Of a stretch of 64,000 nucleotides of DNA, positions 16,926 to 27,878 are shown piece by piece. A program made the position numbers and the translations under genes. Positions within the stretch are counted from its first letter, which is position 1. Every line of letters starts with the position of its first letter. Source of the DNA: an uncultured Bacteroidota bacterium (GTDB lineage: Bacteria; CLD3; SB21). The notes beneath the pieces were generated by a model. That model had not been told where the DNA came from. It did not search any database and saw only the letters and a program-made list of their open reading frames with translations. The stretch covers positions 294,417 through 358,416 of the forward strand of contig CAYPYN010000003.1 in NCBI GenBank assembly GCA_964415295.1, written 5' to 3'.

Positions 16926-19025
16926 ATGAAAGATCTTCTGGTCAAATATTGGAAGATCGCGGCCGGAAGCTTGGCGTTGCTGTCGTTAATTTTGTATTTC
17001 GCTATACCGCCTCTGCTTCATGCGGTCATTGAGAACAAAATACGCGAGGCGGTTGCCCGTGCGGAAAAAAAGATCGGGCGCCCGATCCTATTGGGCGAAC
17101 TGCAGTTTCCGTCCGCAACCTCTATCACCATCGACCGCGTAAGTATCCCTTCCGACGTTCGTATCACTTCCATACTCTCCCAGGCGGGTTTTGACACCTC
17201 CAGTCACATACTTGAGATGCGGCATATCGGTATCGGCTGGTATCTGGGCGGGATCTTTACCGGTCAATTTCTCCAATCGTTAACGGTCGATTCCATATCG
17301 GTCGGTTTGGTCAAACTTACGGACAGCACCGATAATTTCGGATCGCTGTTGAAAGCTTTTCGTTCCTCAGCCACGCCCGAAAAAGAAAATGCCTCGCCGG
17401 GCCGAAAGAACAAGATTGCTCTATTTGTCGATACGTATTTGGAGAAAAAACTTCCTTCTCTTGAACTTCGCCACGTAAATTTGAACTACCGGGATTTTTC
17501 TGAGATCCGGTTTCCGAAAAGGAGGTATTCTCCTAAACCCATCGAGCTCGGGATATCCGATTTTCGGATTACCCTCAGGGAAAGCCTGTTACGCGACGCT
17601 CAATTTGAAGCCAGGGGAACGGTCCTTCAGAACGCGTTGACGAACCGGGCGGAAGTCAACGGTACGGTGAACCATTCCAAGCGCCAGATCCTGGTTAATG
17701 CGCTGTTTGATTCGCATTGCAGGATACCGTTCCTCGACTCTCTCATCGGGGGGTATGCGGCCATCCGCGGGTTTGACGCACAGATTTACAGTTTGGAAGA
17801 CGAAAAGGATCGCAGCGAACTCAAGGCGGCCGTAAACATCAATAATATGGAAATTGTCTCTGAAGCGCTGGCTGAAAACAAACTTCGGGATATCGACCTA
17901 GGGTTTTATCTGGATCTCGATTTCGGACCCGACGACGTGATCATTCGTCCCCACACGCGCGTCTATCTGAACCGTATCACGGGTTATATCGGCGGGCAAA
18001 TCGACAAACTGCACAGCCAGCCGCAGTGGGATTTGAATTTCAAACTGCCAATGATCGCGATGGACGATTTCTTTGCTTCCATCCCTAAGCCTCTCATCGC
18101 GCGCCTCGAAGGCATTCGTGTCAGAGGTTCGTTTGAATTCGATGCATCGTTACAGCTGGATTTTGCGCAATTGGACAGCATCAAATACCGTCCCAATCTC
18201 ACATTGAGCGACGACTTCAAGGTATTATCTTTGGGCGATTCCATCGAAGTGAAAATGCTCAGGGATTCCTTTGATTATACTTTCCGCCGTGAGGACAAAA
18301 GCGACAGCACGTTCCCGGTGGGGCGCCTCAATCCGTATTACCAGCCGCTCGACAGCCTGCCGGCGATCCTGGTGAACTCGGTCCTTTTTTGTGAGGATAA
18401 TTCTTTTTTCAAGAACGACGGATTCAACATACTTCAGATAGGCCGAAGTCTGCGGGACAATATCCGGGCCAAACATTTCGCGCGGGGGGCCAGCACGATT
18501 TCCATGCAGTTCATCAAAAATATTTACCTCAGCCGTGAAAAGACCATCGCACGCAAATTCCAGGAACTTATCCTGACCTGGCTGTTTAATCACGAGAAAC
18601 TGCTCGACGAAAAACACGACAAAGAGAGGCACAAGAAGCGGTTGCTGGAGATTTATCTGAATATCATCGAATGGGGCCCCGATATCCGCGGCATTGGAAG
18701 AGCCTCCGAATTTTATTTTCGTAAAAAACCCAGGGACCTTACGGTCGGGGAATCGGTCTTTCTGGCAACGATCATTCCGAATCCCAAAAAATACGACCGT
18801 TACTTTGAAGATGGTGTACCGAAAAGGAAACACGCCGACTTCATGAATCTGATCGTCAGGATGCTTCATGAAAAAGACGTGATCGACTCTCTGACGATGG
18901 TTCGGGAACTGCCTTGTACGTTTACCATCACCGGGGAAGCGAGACGCCTGATAGCAGGGTATCACGGCGCGGACAGCCTCGATACCGATGCGGATATGTA
19001 TTATAAAGATCTTGAGATTAACTAA
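16926..19025 (+). CDS. 699-aa membrane-anchored protein with a C-terminal GT51 peptidoglycan transglycosylase domain and a ~450-aa N-terminal domain of unknown function.
   Basis: GT51 motifs at aa ~470-640: EDNSFFKNDG (motif 1, with H to N), GASTISMQFIKN, RKFQE, KKRLLEIYLNIIEWG. Confidence 0.8.
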   Translation: MKDLLVKYWKIAAGSLALLSLILYFAIPPLLHAVIENKIREAVARAEKKIGRPILLGELQFPSATSITIDRVSIPSDVRITSILSQAGFDTSSHILEMRHIGIGWYLGGIFTGQFLQSLTVDSISVGLVKLTDSTDNFGSLLKAFRSSATPEKENASPGRKNKIALFVDTYLEKKLPSLELRHVNLNYRDFSEIRFPKRRYSPKPIELGISDFRITLRESLLRDAQFEARGTVLQNALTNRAEVNGTVNHSKRQILVNALFDSHCRIPFLDSLIGGYAAIRGFDAQIYSLEDEKDRSELKAAVNINNMEIVSEALAENKLRDIDLGFYLDLDFGPDDVIIRPHTRVYLNRITGYIGGQIDKLHSQPQWDLNFKLPMIAMDDFFASIPKPLIARLEGIRVRGSFEFDASLQLDFAQLDSIKYRPNLTLSDDFKVLSLGDSIEVKMLRDSFDYTFRREDKSDSTFPVGRLNPYYQPLDSLPAILVNSVLFCEDNSFFKNDGFNILQIGRSLRDNIRAKHFARGASTISMQFIKNIYLSREKTIARKFQELILTWLFNHEKLLDEKHDKERHKKRLLEIYLNIIEWGPDIRGIGRASEFYFRKKPRDLTVGESVFLATIIPNPKKYDRYFEDGVPKRKHADFMNLIVRMLHEKDVIDSLTMVRELPCTFTITGEARRLIAGYHGADSLDTDADMYYKDLEIN

Positions 19026-19042
19026 AATACAGGAAATCCTTT

Positions 19043-19987
19043 ATGAGTCCCGACAGCCGGATGTACCAAATGTTATTCAATCATATCGGCCAGATCAAAT
19101 GGCAGTGGCGTGCGCTTGCTTTCTTTATATTATCGCTGTTATTGTCCAATTTTATCGCCGTGCTATACGGTCTGTATCTTCCAAAAGAATCTGCATCGAT
19201 TGCACAGGATCTTGCGACGCTGATTCGGTTTGCCGGCTGGCTGTTCGGAACGGTCTTTGTTACGTGGTTCTTACTCGCGCGGCTTGACAAGAGACCATGG
19301 AACTCCATTGGTCTCAGTCTCCATCCGGAATGGAAGAAGGAATTTTCTTTTGGCGTCCTGCTTGGAATACTCATGCCGTTGGTCCTATTTATCCTATTAT
19401 GGCCCTGGGGATTTATCACGGTATCCGTGCGGCCTGTCGAATGGCTTGATTTTTTCCTTGATCTGGCCGTCAATACGTGCGTCTGGTTTACGGCGGCGCT
19501 TTGGACCGAGCTCTTGCTCAGAGGATACTTTCTTCAAACGATGTCCGAAGGCATGGGTAAGATCGTCGCGGCGGTTTTCGTATCGCTTATGTATGCCTTG
19601 ATCCGCATCCAGTTCCACCCCGACCAGATCATTACCGCGATCAATACGGCCGCCTTCGGTTTCATTTTCGCGATCTGCTATTTTCGCACCCGCGCTTTAT
19701 GGACCGGCATCGGGATGCAGTTCGCTCTGATGATGGTGCAGAACTTCGTATTCGGAGTTCCGCTCTACGGCGTTCGCCCTTTTTATTCGCTTTTGGAAAT
19801 TTCAACATCCGGACGCAATGTAGCCGTGGGTAATTATTTTGGATTGGAGCAGGGTCTGGTCGCAACTTTGATCCTCTTGAGCACCCTCTATTATCTCGTC
19901 AGGTCGAAGCAACTTTCGGTTTCGGAAGAGGTTCGCAAGATCAAGTTCGAGGCCTTATCCCGTCCGTTCTTTACGGTAAAAAAATGA
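19043..19987 (+). CDS. CPBP (CAAX) family intramembrane metalloprotease.
   Basis: EExxxR (WTELLLRGY), FxxxH (QFHPDQ) and a distal H motif in a polytopic protein. Confidence 0.75.
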   Translation: MSPDSRMYQMLFNHIGQIKWQWRALAFFILSLLLSNFIAVLYGLYLPKESASIAQDLATLIRFAGWLFGTVFVTWFLLARLDKRPWNSIGLSLHPEWKKEFSFGVLLGILMPLVLFILLWPWGFITVSVRPVEWLDFFLDLAVNTCVWFTAALWTELLLRGYFLQTMSEGMGKIVAAVFVSLMYALIRIQFHPDQIITAINTAAFGFIFAICYFRTRALWTGIGMQFALMMVQNFVFGVPLYGVRPFYSLLEISTSGRNVAVGNYFGLEQGLVATLILLSTLYYLVRSKQLSVSEEVRKIKFEALSRPFFTVKK

Positions 19988-21360
19988 AGCGATCCGCTCA
20001 AAAAAACTTGTCGTTGATTCCCTCGGTGCATCGCGTTGCCGAGCTCATTATATCGGCCGATTTCTCACGCGAAATGCTCGTTACTATCATACGGCAAGAG
20101 ATCCTTCGCTTGAAAAAGAGCAAGAGTGTCTGGCATTCGAGGGAAGAGGCTGAAAACGTAGTGATCCGGAAAGTGAAAGAAAGATTGGAGTCCTTAAAAG
20201 GCCGAAGCCTTCGCCGGGTGATCAACGCCACGGGTGTGATCTTGCATACAGGACTTGGGCGGGCGCCGTTTTCCGCGAAAGCCCGTGAACAGCTGCGGGA
20301 AACGATCGAAGGATATTGCAATGTGGAACTGGATCTTGAAAGCGGAGAACGCGGTGAACGAACGGATCACGTAGAAGAACTGTTATGCCTCTTGACCGGA
20401 TCGGAAGCTGCTGCCGTGGTCAATAACAATGCCGCCGCCGTGCTGCTGCTTTTGAATACACTGGCTTATCAAAAGGAAGTTGTGGTTTCCCGCGGCGAAT
20501 TGGTGGAGATCGGCGGCTCGTTCCGTATTCCGGATGTGATGGAAAAAAGCGGTGCCGTCATGCGGGAGGTCGGAACGACCAACAAGACTCACCTGAAAGA
20601 TTTCGAAAAGGCTGTTTCCGGGAAAACGGGTCTGCTTCTTGCCGTGCATACCAGCAATTACCGCATCTTGGGTTTTACCGCAAAGGTCGGGCTGGAGGAA
20701 CTGTGCCGGCTGGGAAAACGAAAGAAATTGCCGGTGGCCTATGATTTAGGAGGCGGAGCATTGGTGGATTTGGCTCAGTTCGGTCTGCCGCACGAGCCTG
20801 TGGTATCGGAAAGTCTTGAATCCGGCGCGGATATCGTGACATTCAGCGCCGATAAAATAATGGGGGCGTGTCAGGCCGGGATCCTGGTCGGAAAGAAAAG
20901 GTATTTGGATGCCATTAAGAAGAACCCGCTGATGCGGGCCCTTCGTTGTGATAAAATGACGTATGCGGTTTTGGAAGCGACTCTGAAGCAGTATCTCGAA
21001 CCGGGTGCCAAGCCGTTTCCGGTTATTCGGATGCTGACCGAAGAGGTTAAGAACATCCGATCGCGTGCCGAAACGATCGTGAGTTCATGCGAAGGGATCC
21101 CGGGGCTCCGCATGACCATTAAGGAATCGCACGCGGAAGCCGGGAGCGGAACTCTTCCGCTTGAAAAAATTCCCAGTATTGGCATTACCGTCTCCTGCGA
21201 CCGATGTTCAGCAAATGAACTGGCGGCCAAGTTCCGCAAACTTGCCATTCCGGTGATCGGTTTCGTCAAAGACAGGGCTTTTCATCTCGACATGCGAACC
21301 GTGAGCGGCGACGAGGCTGTCCTGATCGCAGAGGGGATAAAAAAAATAATGACTGAATAG
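19984..21360 (+). CDS. selA: L-seryl-tRNA(Sec) selenium transferase (selenocysteine synthase).
   Basis: NATGVILHTGLGRA motif and PLP-fold region. ATGA overlap with the upstream gene. Confidence 0.85.
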   Translation: MKRSAQKNLSLIPSVHRVAELIISADFSREMLVTIIRQEILRLKKSKSVWHSREEAENVVIRKVKERLESLKGRSLRRVINATGVILHTGLGRAPFSAKAREQLRETIEGYCNVELDLESGERGERTDHVEELLCLLTGSEAAAVVNNNAAAVLLLLNTLAYQKEVVVSRGELVEIGGSFRIPDVMEKSGAVMREVGTTNKTHLKDFEKAVSGKTGLLLAVHTSNYRILGFTAKVGLEELCRLGKRKKLPVAYDLGGGALVDLAQFGLPHEPVVSESLESGADIVTFSADKIMGACQAGILVGKKRYLDAIKKNPLMRALRCDKMTYAVLEATLKQYLEPGAKPFPVIRMLTEEVKNIRSRAETIVSSCEGIPGLRMTIKESHAEAGSGTLPLEKIPSIGITVSCDRCSANELAAKFRKLAIPVIGFVKDRAFHLDMRTVSGDEAVLIAEGIKKIMTE

Positions 21361-21423
21361 AAAAAATGTCATACATTGCCTTGAGATCGGACCACTAATT
21401 TCAACATACCGCGGAGAATTTTT

Positions 21424-21981
21424 ATGAGAACATTATGGATTGCATGTTTATTTCTGGCGGCCGGCATCATGGGGTGCGCGTCGTCTGAGAAATCTTCCCG
21501 TGACAATACACAAGCGCTCAGCGAAGTGAAGGCCAAGGCCGAAACGGAGACAAAGAAGCTTGAGGAAGAAAAAGAGGCCAAAGAAAAAGAAGCGGCTCTC
21601 GCTGAAGAAGAACTTTTAAAAAAGAAAGCCGAATCGGAAAAGCAACGGGAGGAATTAGGCGCGGTCAAAGAGCGTCTGAAAAAGATGGGACTGGCGGCCG
21701 TTTTTGTTCCGATCACACGGGACGGACAGGTATTTCTGTATCCGGGCGGAAGAACGGCAACGATCAAATATGCCGTGTCGGATATGATCGTATTACGGTC
21801 TCTTAATCAATTGATGGATAAACAATTGGAGAAGTCGAACAGCGATCGGGATTATTTCAATACCGGCAACGGCGGTTTCGAAGCGTGTTTGAACGATCAG
21901 TTGTACATTTTGTTTATGCACCGCGGTCAGTCCGGCGCGATCGTGCGTGATTGGTTTGAAATGCTGGAAAAATGCAATTAG
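21424..21981 (+). CDS. Hypothetical lipoprotein with a K/E-rich coiled-coil segment.
   Basis: Lipobox IMGC; low-complexity KE-rich region. Confidence 0.5.
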   Translation: MRTLWIACLFLAAGIMGCASSEKSSRDNTQALSEVKAKAETETKKLEEEKEAKEKEAALAEEELLKKKAESEKQREELGAVKERLKKMGLAAVFVPITRDGQVFLYPGGRTATIKYAVSDMIVLRSLNQLMDKQLEKSNSDRDYFNTGNGGFEACLNDQLYILFMHRGQSGAIVRDWFEMLEKCN

Positions 21982-22005
21982 ACAGGAATTATGAGGAGTT
22001 GAATC

Positions 22006-23385
22006 ATGGAATACCGAATTGAAACCGACAGCATGGGTGAGGTCAAGGTCCCCGTGGACCGTTATTACGGCGCGCAGACGGCGCGTTCGCTGAGTAATTT
22101 CAAAATCGGCGGCGACCGTTTTCCCAGAGAATTGATCCGTGCCCTGGGTGTCTTGAAAAAAGCGGCCGCGATGAGTAATCAGGAACTCGGGACGCTTCCC
22201 AAGGAAAAAGCGGAACTGATCATCAAAGCCGCTGAGGAAGTGATCGAAGGTAAGCTGGATGCGCATTTCCCATTGGTCGTATGGCAGACGGGGAGCGGCA
22301 CCCAGACCAATATGAACGCCAACGAAGTGATTTCCAACCGCGCGATCGAACTGGCGGGCGGCGAGATGGGAAGCAAAAAACCCATCCATCCCAACGACGA
22401 TGTGAACAAAGCGCAGTCATCCAACGACACGTTCCCCACGGCCATGCATATTGCCGCGGCGGAGCAGATCGTAAATCGGCTCATCCCCATGGTCAGAAAA
22501 CTGCGCGGAACCTTGCACGAAAAATCGGAAAAATTCAAGAACATCATCAAGATCGGACGCACGCATTTGATGGATGCCGTGCCTCTTACCCTCGGGCAGG
22601 AATTCTCCGGATACGTCCAGCAGTTGGATAACGATCTGAAACGCATCGAATTTGCTCTCGACGGCTTGTACGACCTGGCTCTGGGAGGAACGGCCGTGGG
22701 TACGGGATTGAATACCCATCCCAAGTTTGCCGCGACGGGCGCCAAACACATCGCCGAAATCACGGGGCTTCCTTTCCGCAGCGCGCCCAATAAGTTCGAA
22801 GCCCTGGCGGCGCACGACGCGGTCGTTTTTGCCAGCGGCGCTATGAAAACACTGGCCGCCTCTCTGATGAAGATCGCCAATGATGTGCGCTGGCTGGCGT
22901 CCGGTCCCCGGTGCGGCATCGGCGAGATCACGATTCCTGATAACGAACCGGGAAGTTCCATCATGCCGGGTAAGGTCAATCCTACGCAGTGCGAAGCCAT
23001 GACCATGGTCTGCGCGCAGGTGATGGGCAACGATGCCGCAGTCAACGTGGCCGGCGCCTCGGGCAATTTTGAACTCAATGTGTACAAGCCCGTTCTGATC
23101 TTTAATTTACTCAATTCCATCCGTCTGCTTGCGGACGCATGCGATTCCTTTGACGAACATTGCGCCGTCGGTATCGAGGCTAACGAGACAGTGATTAAGA
23201 AACATCTCGATAATTCCCTCATGCTGGTGACCGCCTTGAATCCGCACATCGGCTATGATAACGCAGCAAAGGTGGCCAAAAAAGCGTTCCATGACAATAT
23301 TACTCTCAAAGAAGCCGCGGTCCAATTGGGCCTGCTAACCGGCGAAAAGTTCGACGAGGCCGTTCGACCGGAAAATATGGTCTGA
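22006..23385 (+). CDS. fumC: Fumarate hydratase class II.
   Basis: [16 protein letters not shown] signature. 459 aa. SD GAGGAG upstream. Confidence 0.95.
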   Translation: MEYRIETDSMGEVKVPVDRYYGAQTARSLSNFKIGGDRFPRELIRALGVLKKAAAMSNQELGTLPKEKAELIIKAAEEVIEGKLDAHFPLVVWQTGSGTQTNMNANEVISNRAIELAGGEMGSKKPIHPNDDVNKAQSSNDTFPTAMHIAAAEQIVNRLIPMVRKLRGTLHEKSEKFKNIIKIGRTHLMDAVPLTLGQEFSGYVQQLDNDLKRIEFALDGLYDLALGGTAVGTGLNTHPKFAATGAKHIAEITGLPFRSAPNKFEALAAHDAVVFASGAMKTLAASLMKIANDVRWLASGPRCGIGEITIPDNEPGSSIMPGKVNPTQCEAMTMVCAQVMGNDAAVNVAGASGNFELNVYKPVLIFNLLNSIRLLADACDSFDEHCAVGIEANETVIKKHLDNSLMLVTALNPHIGYDNAAKVAKKAFHDNITLKEAAVQLGLLTGEKFDEAVRPENMV

Positions 23386-23407
23386 GCAGTCTTTCTGTCT
23401 TTATATT

Positions 23408-23447
23408 GAGGCCGAAGGTATATTCTTTAACCTTCGGCCTTTTTTTA
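23408..23447 (+). terminator. Rho-independent terminator after fumC.
   Basis: gaggccgaagg...ccttcggcct stem followed by tttttttat. Confidence 0.7.
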
Positions 23448-23655
23448 TGTCCGGATGGTGACCGGATACATTTTTTCCGCCAAAAAAAATCAAAAAAAAA
23501 TGTGAAATGTGGAACTTAATTCCATCTCTAGGCGTTAAATGGGGGCATGAAAATAGCAGTTTATTGAAAATAAAGAACTTACAGCTGCTTTTTTCGAACA
23601 GCACTCAGCGATATAGTAATATAATTATTCAATATATATACTAACAACGAAGGGT

Positions 23656-24519
23656 TTGCTAATGGCTAGAATCAAGATGAGAATCAACAGCCGGGAAGAT
23701 CAATCGATTGAACGGTATCTGGAAGAGATCAATAAAGTTCCTTTGCTCAAGCCGGATGAAGAGATCGAATTGGCCAAACGGATCAAGAAGAACGACAAAC
23801 AGGCTTTGAAGCAATTGGTCGAAGCCAATCTCCGGTTTGTTGTCAGCGTAGCCAAGGATTATCAGAATCAGGGCTTACCGCTGAGCGATCTGATCAACGA
23901 AGGCAATCTGGGGCTTATGAAAGCGGCGGAACGTTTCGACGAGACCCGCGGTTTCAAATTCATTTCCTACGCCGTATGGTGGATCCGTCAATCCATTTTG
24001 CAGGCCATCGCGGAGCATTCGCGTATCGTGCGCCTTCCCCTCAACCGCGTCGGGATGCTCAATAAGATCGGCAAAGCGTACAACGAACTCGAGCAGGAAT
24101 TCGAACGCGAACCCAGCACGGAAGAAATTGCGACGGAACTTGAGATCAAAGATTACGACGTATCCGACGCGCTGAGAATTTCCAAACGTCATTTGTCACT
24201 GGACGCTCCTTTGCAGGAAGATGAAAAGAGCGTGCTGATGGATACCGTACCGGATAAAGTGAACCCTCTGCCGGACGATATGCTGATGAATGAGTCTTTG
24301 CGCCAGGATATCGAGAATACGCTGTCTTCGCTCAGCGATCGTGAGGCGAAGATCATCAAACTGTATTTCGGTCTTGGTATTGAGCGTTCCCTGACCCTGG
24401 AAGAGATCGGGGAGGAATTCAAACTGACACGCGAACGCGTCCGTCAGATCAAGGAAAAAGCGATCAACCGCTTACGTCACAAATCGCGGAGCAAGTCGCT
24501 TCGCTCGTATCTCGGTTAA
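23656..24519 (+). CDS. rpoD: Primary-type sigma-70 factor, 287 aa (regions 1.2-4). The start may be the Met at 23662.
   Basis: Regions 2.x ([26 protein letters not shown]) and 4.2 ([24 protein letters not shown]). A short primary sigma is typical of the FCB group. Confidence 0.85.
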   Translation: MLMARIKMRINSREDQSIERYLEEINKVPLLKPDEEIELAKRIKKNDKQALKQLVEANLRFVVSVAKDYQNQGLPLSDLINEGNLGLMKAAERFDETRGFKFISYAVWWIRQSILQAIAEHSRIVRLPLNRVGMLNKIGKAYNELEQEFEREPSTEEIATELEIKDYDVSDALRISKRHLSLDAPLQEDEKSVLMDTVPDKVNPLPDDMLMNESLRQDIENTLSSLSDREAKIIKLYFGLGIERSLTLEEIGEEFKLTRERVRQIKEKAINRLRHKSRSKSLRSYLG

Positions 24520-24596
24520 GAACACAGAGCGTGAAAAGCCCCGGTCAAACGGGGCTTATTTTTTTGTAAAGATCATTTATAAATCAGGCTAATAAA

Positions 24597-25931
24597 TTGA
24601 ACATGGAAACCACGGAAAAGCAGAAACAGTTTACGGAACGGGGACGGGATTTTTTCGAAGAGTGGGAAGAAAAATTCCTCGCCCCTTACGCCTGCAAGAG
24701 CCGGGGCATGCACGGCACGCGGCTCAATCAGGAAATGGAAGACGCGCACCGGACGGCCTTTCAGCGCGACAGGGACCGGATCATCTACTCCAATTCCTTC
24801 AGGAACCTGAGCGATAAATCCCAGGTACTGGTCGAACACAACAGCGAGCATAATCGGAGCCGTCTCACGCACACCGTGGAAGTGGTACAGGTTTCCAAGA
24901 CCATCGCCAATGCCATGGGACTCAACGAAGATCTCGCCGAAGCGATAGCTCTGGGTCACGATCTCGGCCATCCGCCGTTTGGCCACACGGGAGAGACCGT
25001 ATTGGACCGTTTGCTGAATGGTGAGGATACCGCCGAAGGCACTCTGCAGGGCGAGAATCTGGGCGGATTCAAACACAATTACCAGAGCCTGCGTGTGGTG
25101 GATTTCGTCGAGAAAAAGTACGGTTACGACGGTCTCAATCTTACGGCGGCCGTCCGCGAAGGAATCCTCAAACACACCAGCACCCGCAATGAACGTTATT
25201 TCTATCCGGAGATGAATCTTACCGCCCTCAATTACGACCACTTCATGGCGCTGACGCTGGAGGGTCAGGTGGCAGCGATCGCCGATGAGATCGCCCAGAG
25301 AACCTTCGATCTGGAAGATGCACTCCGCGCCAACTATATCCGAGTCAACGATGTGCGGGAATTGAAGTTGATCCAGGAGGTCGAGAATACGTGCCGGATC
25401 AAGGACATATTGTCAACCAATCAGGAGGAATACGTCAATTTGCTCATCAGCGGTCTTGTGCGTGTCCTTGTTTCGGATGTGATCCAGAATACGATCCGCC
25501 GGATAGAGGATTTTTGCTCCCGGAAGAAACGTACCCACCATTTTGACGAATGGCTGGTCATCTTCAGCCTGGAGGTCAACCGCCGGCAGAATGAATTGGA
25601 CACCTTCATGCAGAAAGAACTGGGAAATAATTTTCAGGTTAACCGCTTCAATAAAAAAAGCGAAAAGGTCATCCGTAAACTGTTCAAAGCCTACTACACC
25701 AATCCGCTGCAGATGAACGACCGTTTCCTGGAACGTTATACGGCTCGCCGGGTGGATCCGCAATTCCGTCTGAGAAAATTACCGGCCAAGATAGTCCAGG
25801 AAAAGATCAACGAATTCCAGAAAGACCCTCTCTATGCGCGGCACATTGCCGATTATATCGCCAGCATGAGCGACAGTTTTGCCGTTCAGGAATACAAGGC
25901 CATTTATATCCCGGAAGCCAGCGTTATATGA
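24597..25931 (+). CDS. dgt: dGTP triphosphohydrolase-like HD-domain protein.
   Basis: RLTHTVEVVQV...GHDLGHPPFGH HD motif; ~444 aa. Confidence 0.8.
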   Translation: MNMETTEKQKQFTERGRDFFEEWEEKFLAPYACKSRGMHGTRLNQEMEDAHRTAFQRDRDRIIYSNSFRNLSDKSQVLVEHNSEHNRSRLTHTVEVVQVSKTIANAMGLNEDLAEAIALGHDLGHPPFGHTGETVLDRLLNGEDTAEGTLQGENLGGFKHNYQSLRVVDFVEKKYGYDGLNLTAAVREGILKHTSTRNERYFYPEMNLTALNYDHFMALTLEGQVAAIADEIAQRTFDLEDALRANYIRVNDVRELKLIQEVENTCRIKDILSTNQEEYVNLLISGLVRVLVSDVIQNTIRRIEDFCSRKKRTHHFDEWLVIFSLEVNRRQNELDTFMQKELGNNFQVNRFNKKSEKVIRKLFKAYYTNPLQMNDRFLERYTARRVDPQFRLRKLPAKIVQEKINEFQKDPLYARHIADYIASMSDSFAVQEYKAIYIPEASVI

Positions 25932-26866
25932 AACTTCTCAAGAGCTACCGTCTGTTCTTTTTTTCCGTGTGTATTGCTTTTTTCCTTTGGTTCTACGTCC
26001 GCTTGTCTTCCACTTTTCAGCAAACGGTGGACGTTCCGGTTCAGGTGGTCAATCTTAAGGAAGAACATACCGTGGTGTCCAATCTGCCGGAGTTCGTTCC
26101 GGTGTTATTCGAGGCAGACGGCCGCACACTCCTGGGCTTGAAGTATTTTTATGACGTCAAGTACGTTATCGATGCCTCTCACAGAGAGAAATTCGATGTC
26201 GTTCCCGGACGCCGTCTCGATTTTGTCCGAATTCCGAATAACGTGGAGGCCATTGCGCTGTCCATTCCTTTGAAAGACACGCTTCAGGTTCACACCGAAG
26301 AATTTGTCAAAAAATTCGTTCCCGTCGTGCCCGATCTGCAGGTGACCTGCGCTCCGGGTTTTGTGATGGTCGGAAATGCTCGGACCATACCCGATTCCGT
26401 AAGCGTACGTTGTCCCGTCAGTTACCAGGATAGTATACAGTTCGTGCAGACGGACAGAATCGAACTGGCCGGTCTGTCCGCCGATGAAGAGATAACGGCG
26501 GAAGCCGCCGATATACCTCTGCCGAAAGTCCGGGTCAAAAAGACGAAGATCAACGTTGTATTGGATATCCAGCCGCTCGGCGAGACGGTGATGGAAAATC
26601 TGCCGATCAAACTGATCAATGTTCCCGAGGATGTCAATGCCATCGTTCAGCCGTCCACGTTTTCGGTCCGTGTGCGCGGAGGCGTGGATTATCTGGCTAC
26701 GCTGAGCAGAGACAGCATCTATGCCGTTATTGATTATGCCGAAGAACAACGGTTTGCCAGCGTCCAGCCGCGCCTGACTATCAAAGCTCCCCGTGACGTC
26801 TCCTGGAGCCAGATCACGCCTTCACGTTTTAATCTGGTAAAACTCGATGCCGAAAAACTTCCCTGA
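25928..26866 (+). CDS. YbbR-like domain membrane protein (tentative).
   Basis: N-terminal TM, then beta-rich repeats. The assignment is weak. Confidence 0.45.
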   Translation: MKLLKSYRLFFFSVCIAFFLWFYVRLSSTFQQTVDVPVQVVNLKEEHTVVSNLPEFVPVLFEADGRTLLGLKYFYDVKYVIDASHREKFDVVPGRRLDFVRIPNNVEAIALSIPLKDTLQVHTEEFVKKFVPVVPDLQVTCAPGFVMVGNARTIPDSVSVRCPVSYQDSIQFVQTDRIELAGLSADEEITAEAADIPLPKVRVKKTKINVVLDIQPLGETVMENLPIKLINVPEDVNAIVQPSTFSVRVRGGVDYLATLSRDSIYAVIDYAEEQRFASVQPRLTIKAPRDVSWSQITPSRFNLVKLDAEKLP

Positions 26867-27878
26867 TCCTATTACGCTGGCCATTGAAACGTCCTGCGAC
26901 GACACGTCTGTTGCGGTTTTACAAGGTACAAGCGTCTTATCCAATGTGGTGTCGTCCCAGGTGGACGGTTTGCATTTCGGCGGCATCGTTCCGGAGCTGG
27001 CGTCGCGCGCGCATCAGGCCAACATTCTCCCGGTCGTCAAGGAAGCGCTGCATCTGGCCCGCCGGCCGATCGGGGATGTCAGTCTCATCGGCGTCACTTA
27101 CGGACCCGGGCTGATCGGAAGTCTTCTGGTCGGGCTCAATTTTGCAAAAGGTCTGTCTTATAGCCGGAGTATTCCATTTATCGGCGTTAATCATATCGAA
27201 GCTCATATCCTGGCCGCTTTTCTTGAAGAGCCTCATCCCACGTTCCCATTTATGGCGTTAGTGGTTTCAGGCGGTCATACATTACTGGTTTTGGCCGAAG
27301 ACGTAGGCCGATACCGCATACTTGGTGAAACGCAGGACGACGCGGCCGGAGAATGTTTTGATAAGGTGGCAAGATTTCTCGGAATCGCGCCCGCCGGAGC
27401 TACGGTGATGGCCGGACCGGAAGTGGACCGCCGCGCCCTTTCGGGTGATCCCGGGAGGATCACATTTCCAAGGCCGTTGGGTCATGCCAATAATTATCAT
27501 TTCAGTTTTTCCGGGTTAAAGACGGCCGTACTGAATCATACCAAGAAGAAAGAGTCATGGAGTGAGGATGAAACGAATGACATTTGCGCCGGTTTTCAGG
27601 AAGCCATTGTGGATGTTCTGGTCTCCAAATCCGTGCGCGCGTGCAGGGAACACGGGATACCCCACCTCGTCTTATCCGGCGGAGTTGCGGCGAATTCGCG
27701 CTTGAGAGATATTTTAGGTAAGATGTGCGCGGAAAAAGGTATAAGGCTGTATAAGCCTTCCAGGGCTTATTGTACGGATAACGCCGCGATGATAGGTATG
27801 GCGGCATTGATGCACCGCAATAGGGGAGAGTCGTCGCCGCTGGAATTGTCGCCGAAACCGGCCCTGCGTCTGGCTTGA
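26847..27878 (+). CDS. tsaD: tRNA N6-adenosine threonylcarbamoyltransferase.
   Basis: ETSCDDTSVAV, GVNHIEAHI and SGGVAAN motifs of Kae1/TsaD. Confidence 0.9.
   Translation: MPKNFPDPITLAIETSCDDTSVAVLQGTSVLSNVVSSQVDGLHFGGIVPELASRAHQANILPVVKEALHLARRPIGDVSLIGVTYGPGLIGSLLVGLNFAKGLSYSRSIPFIGVNHIEAHILAAFLEEPHPTFPFMALVVSGGHTLLVLAEDVGRYRILGETQDDAAGECFDKVARFLGIAPAGATVMAGPEVDRRALSGDPGRITFPRPLGHANNYHFSFSGLKTAVLNHTKKKESWSEDETNDICAGFQEAIVDVLVSKSVRACREHGIPHLVLSGGVAANSRLRDILGKMCAEKGIRLYKPSRAYCTDNAAMIGMAALMHRNRGESSPLELSPKPALRLA

Noticed and set aside
22179-23249. 356-aa minus-strand ORF.
   Set aside because: Antisense to fumC, which is unambiguous; Ala/Ser/Pro-rich nonsense typical of a shadow frame.
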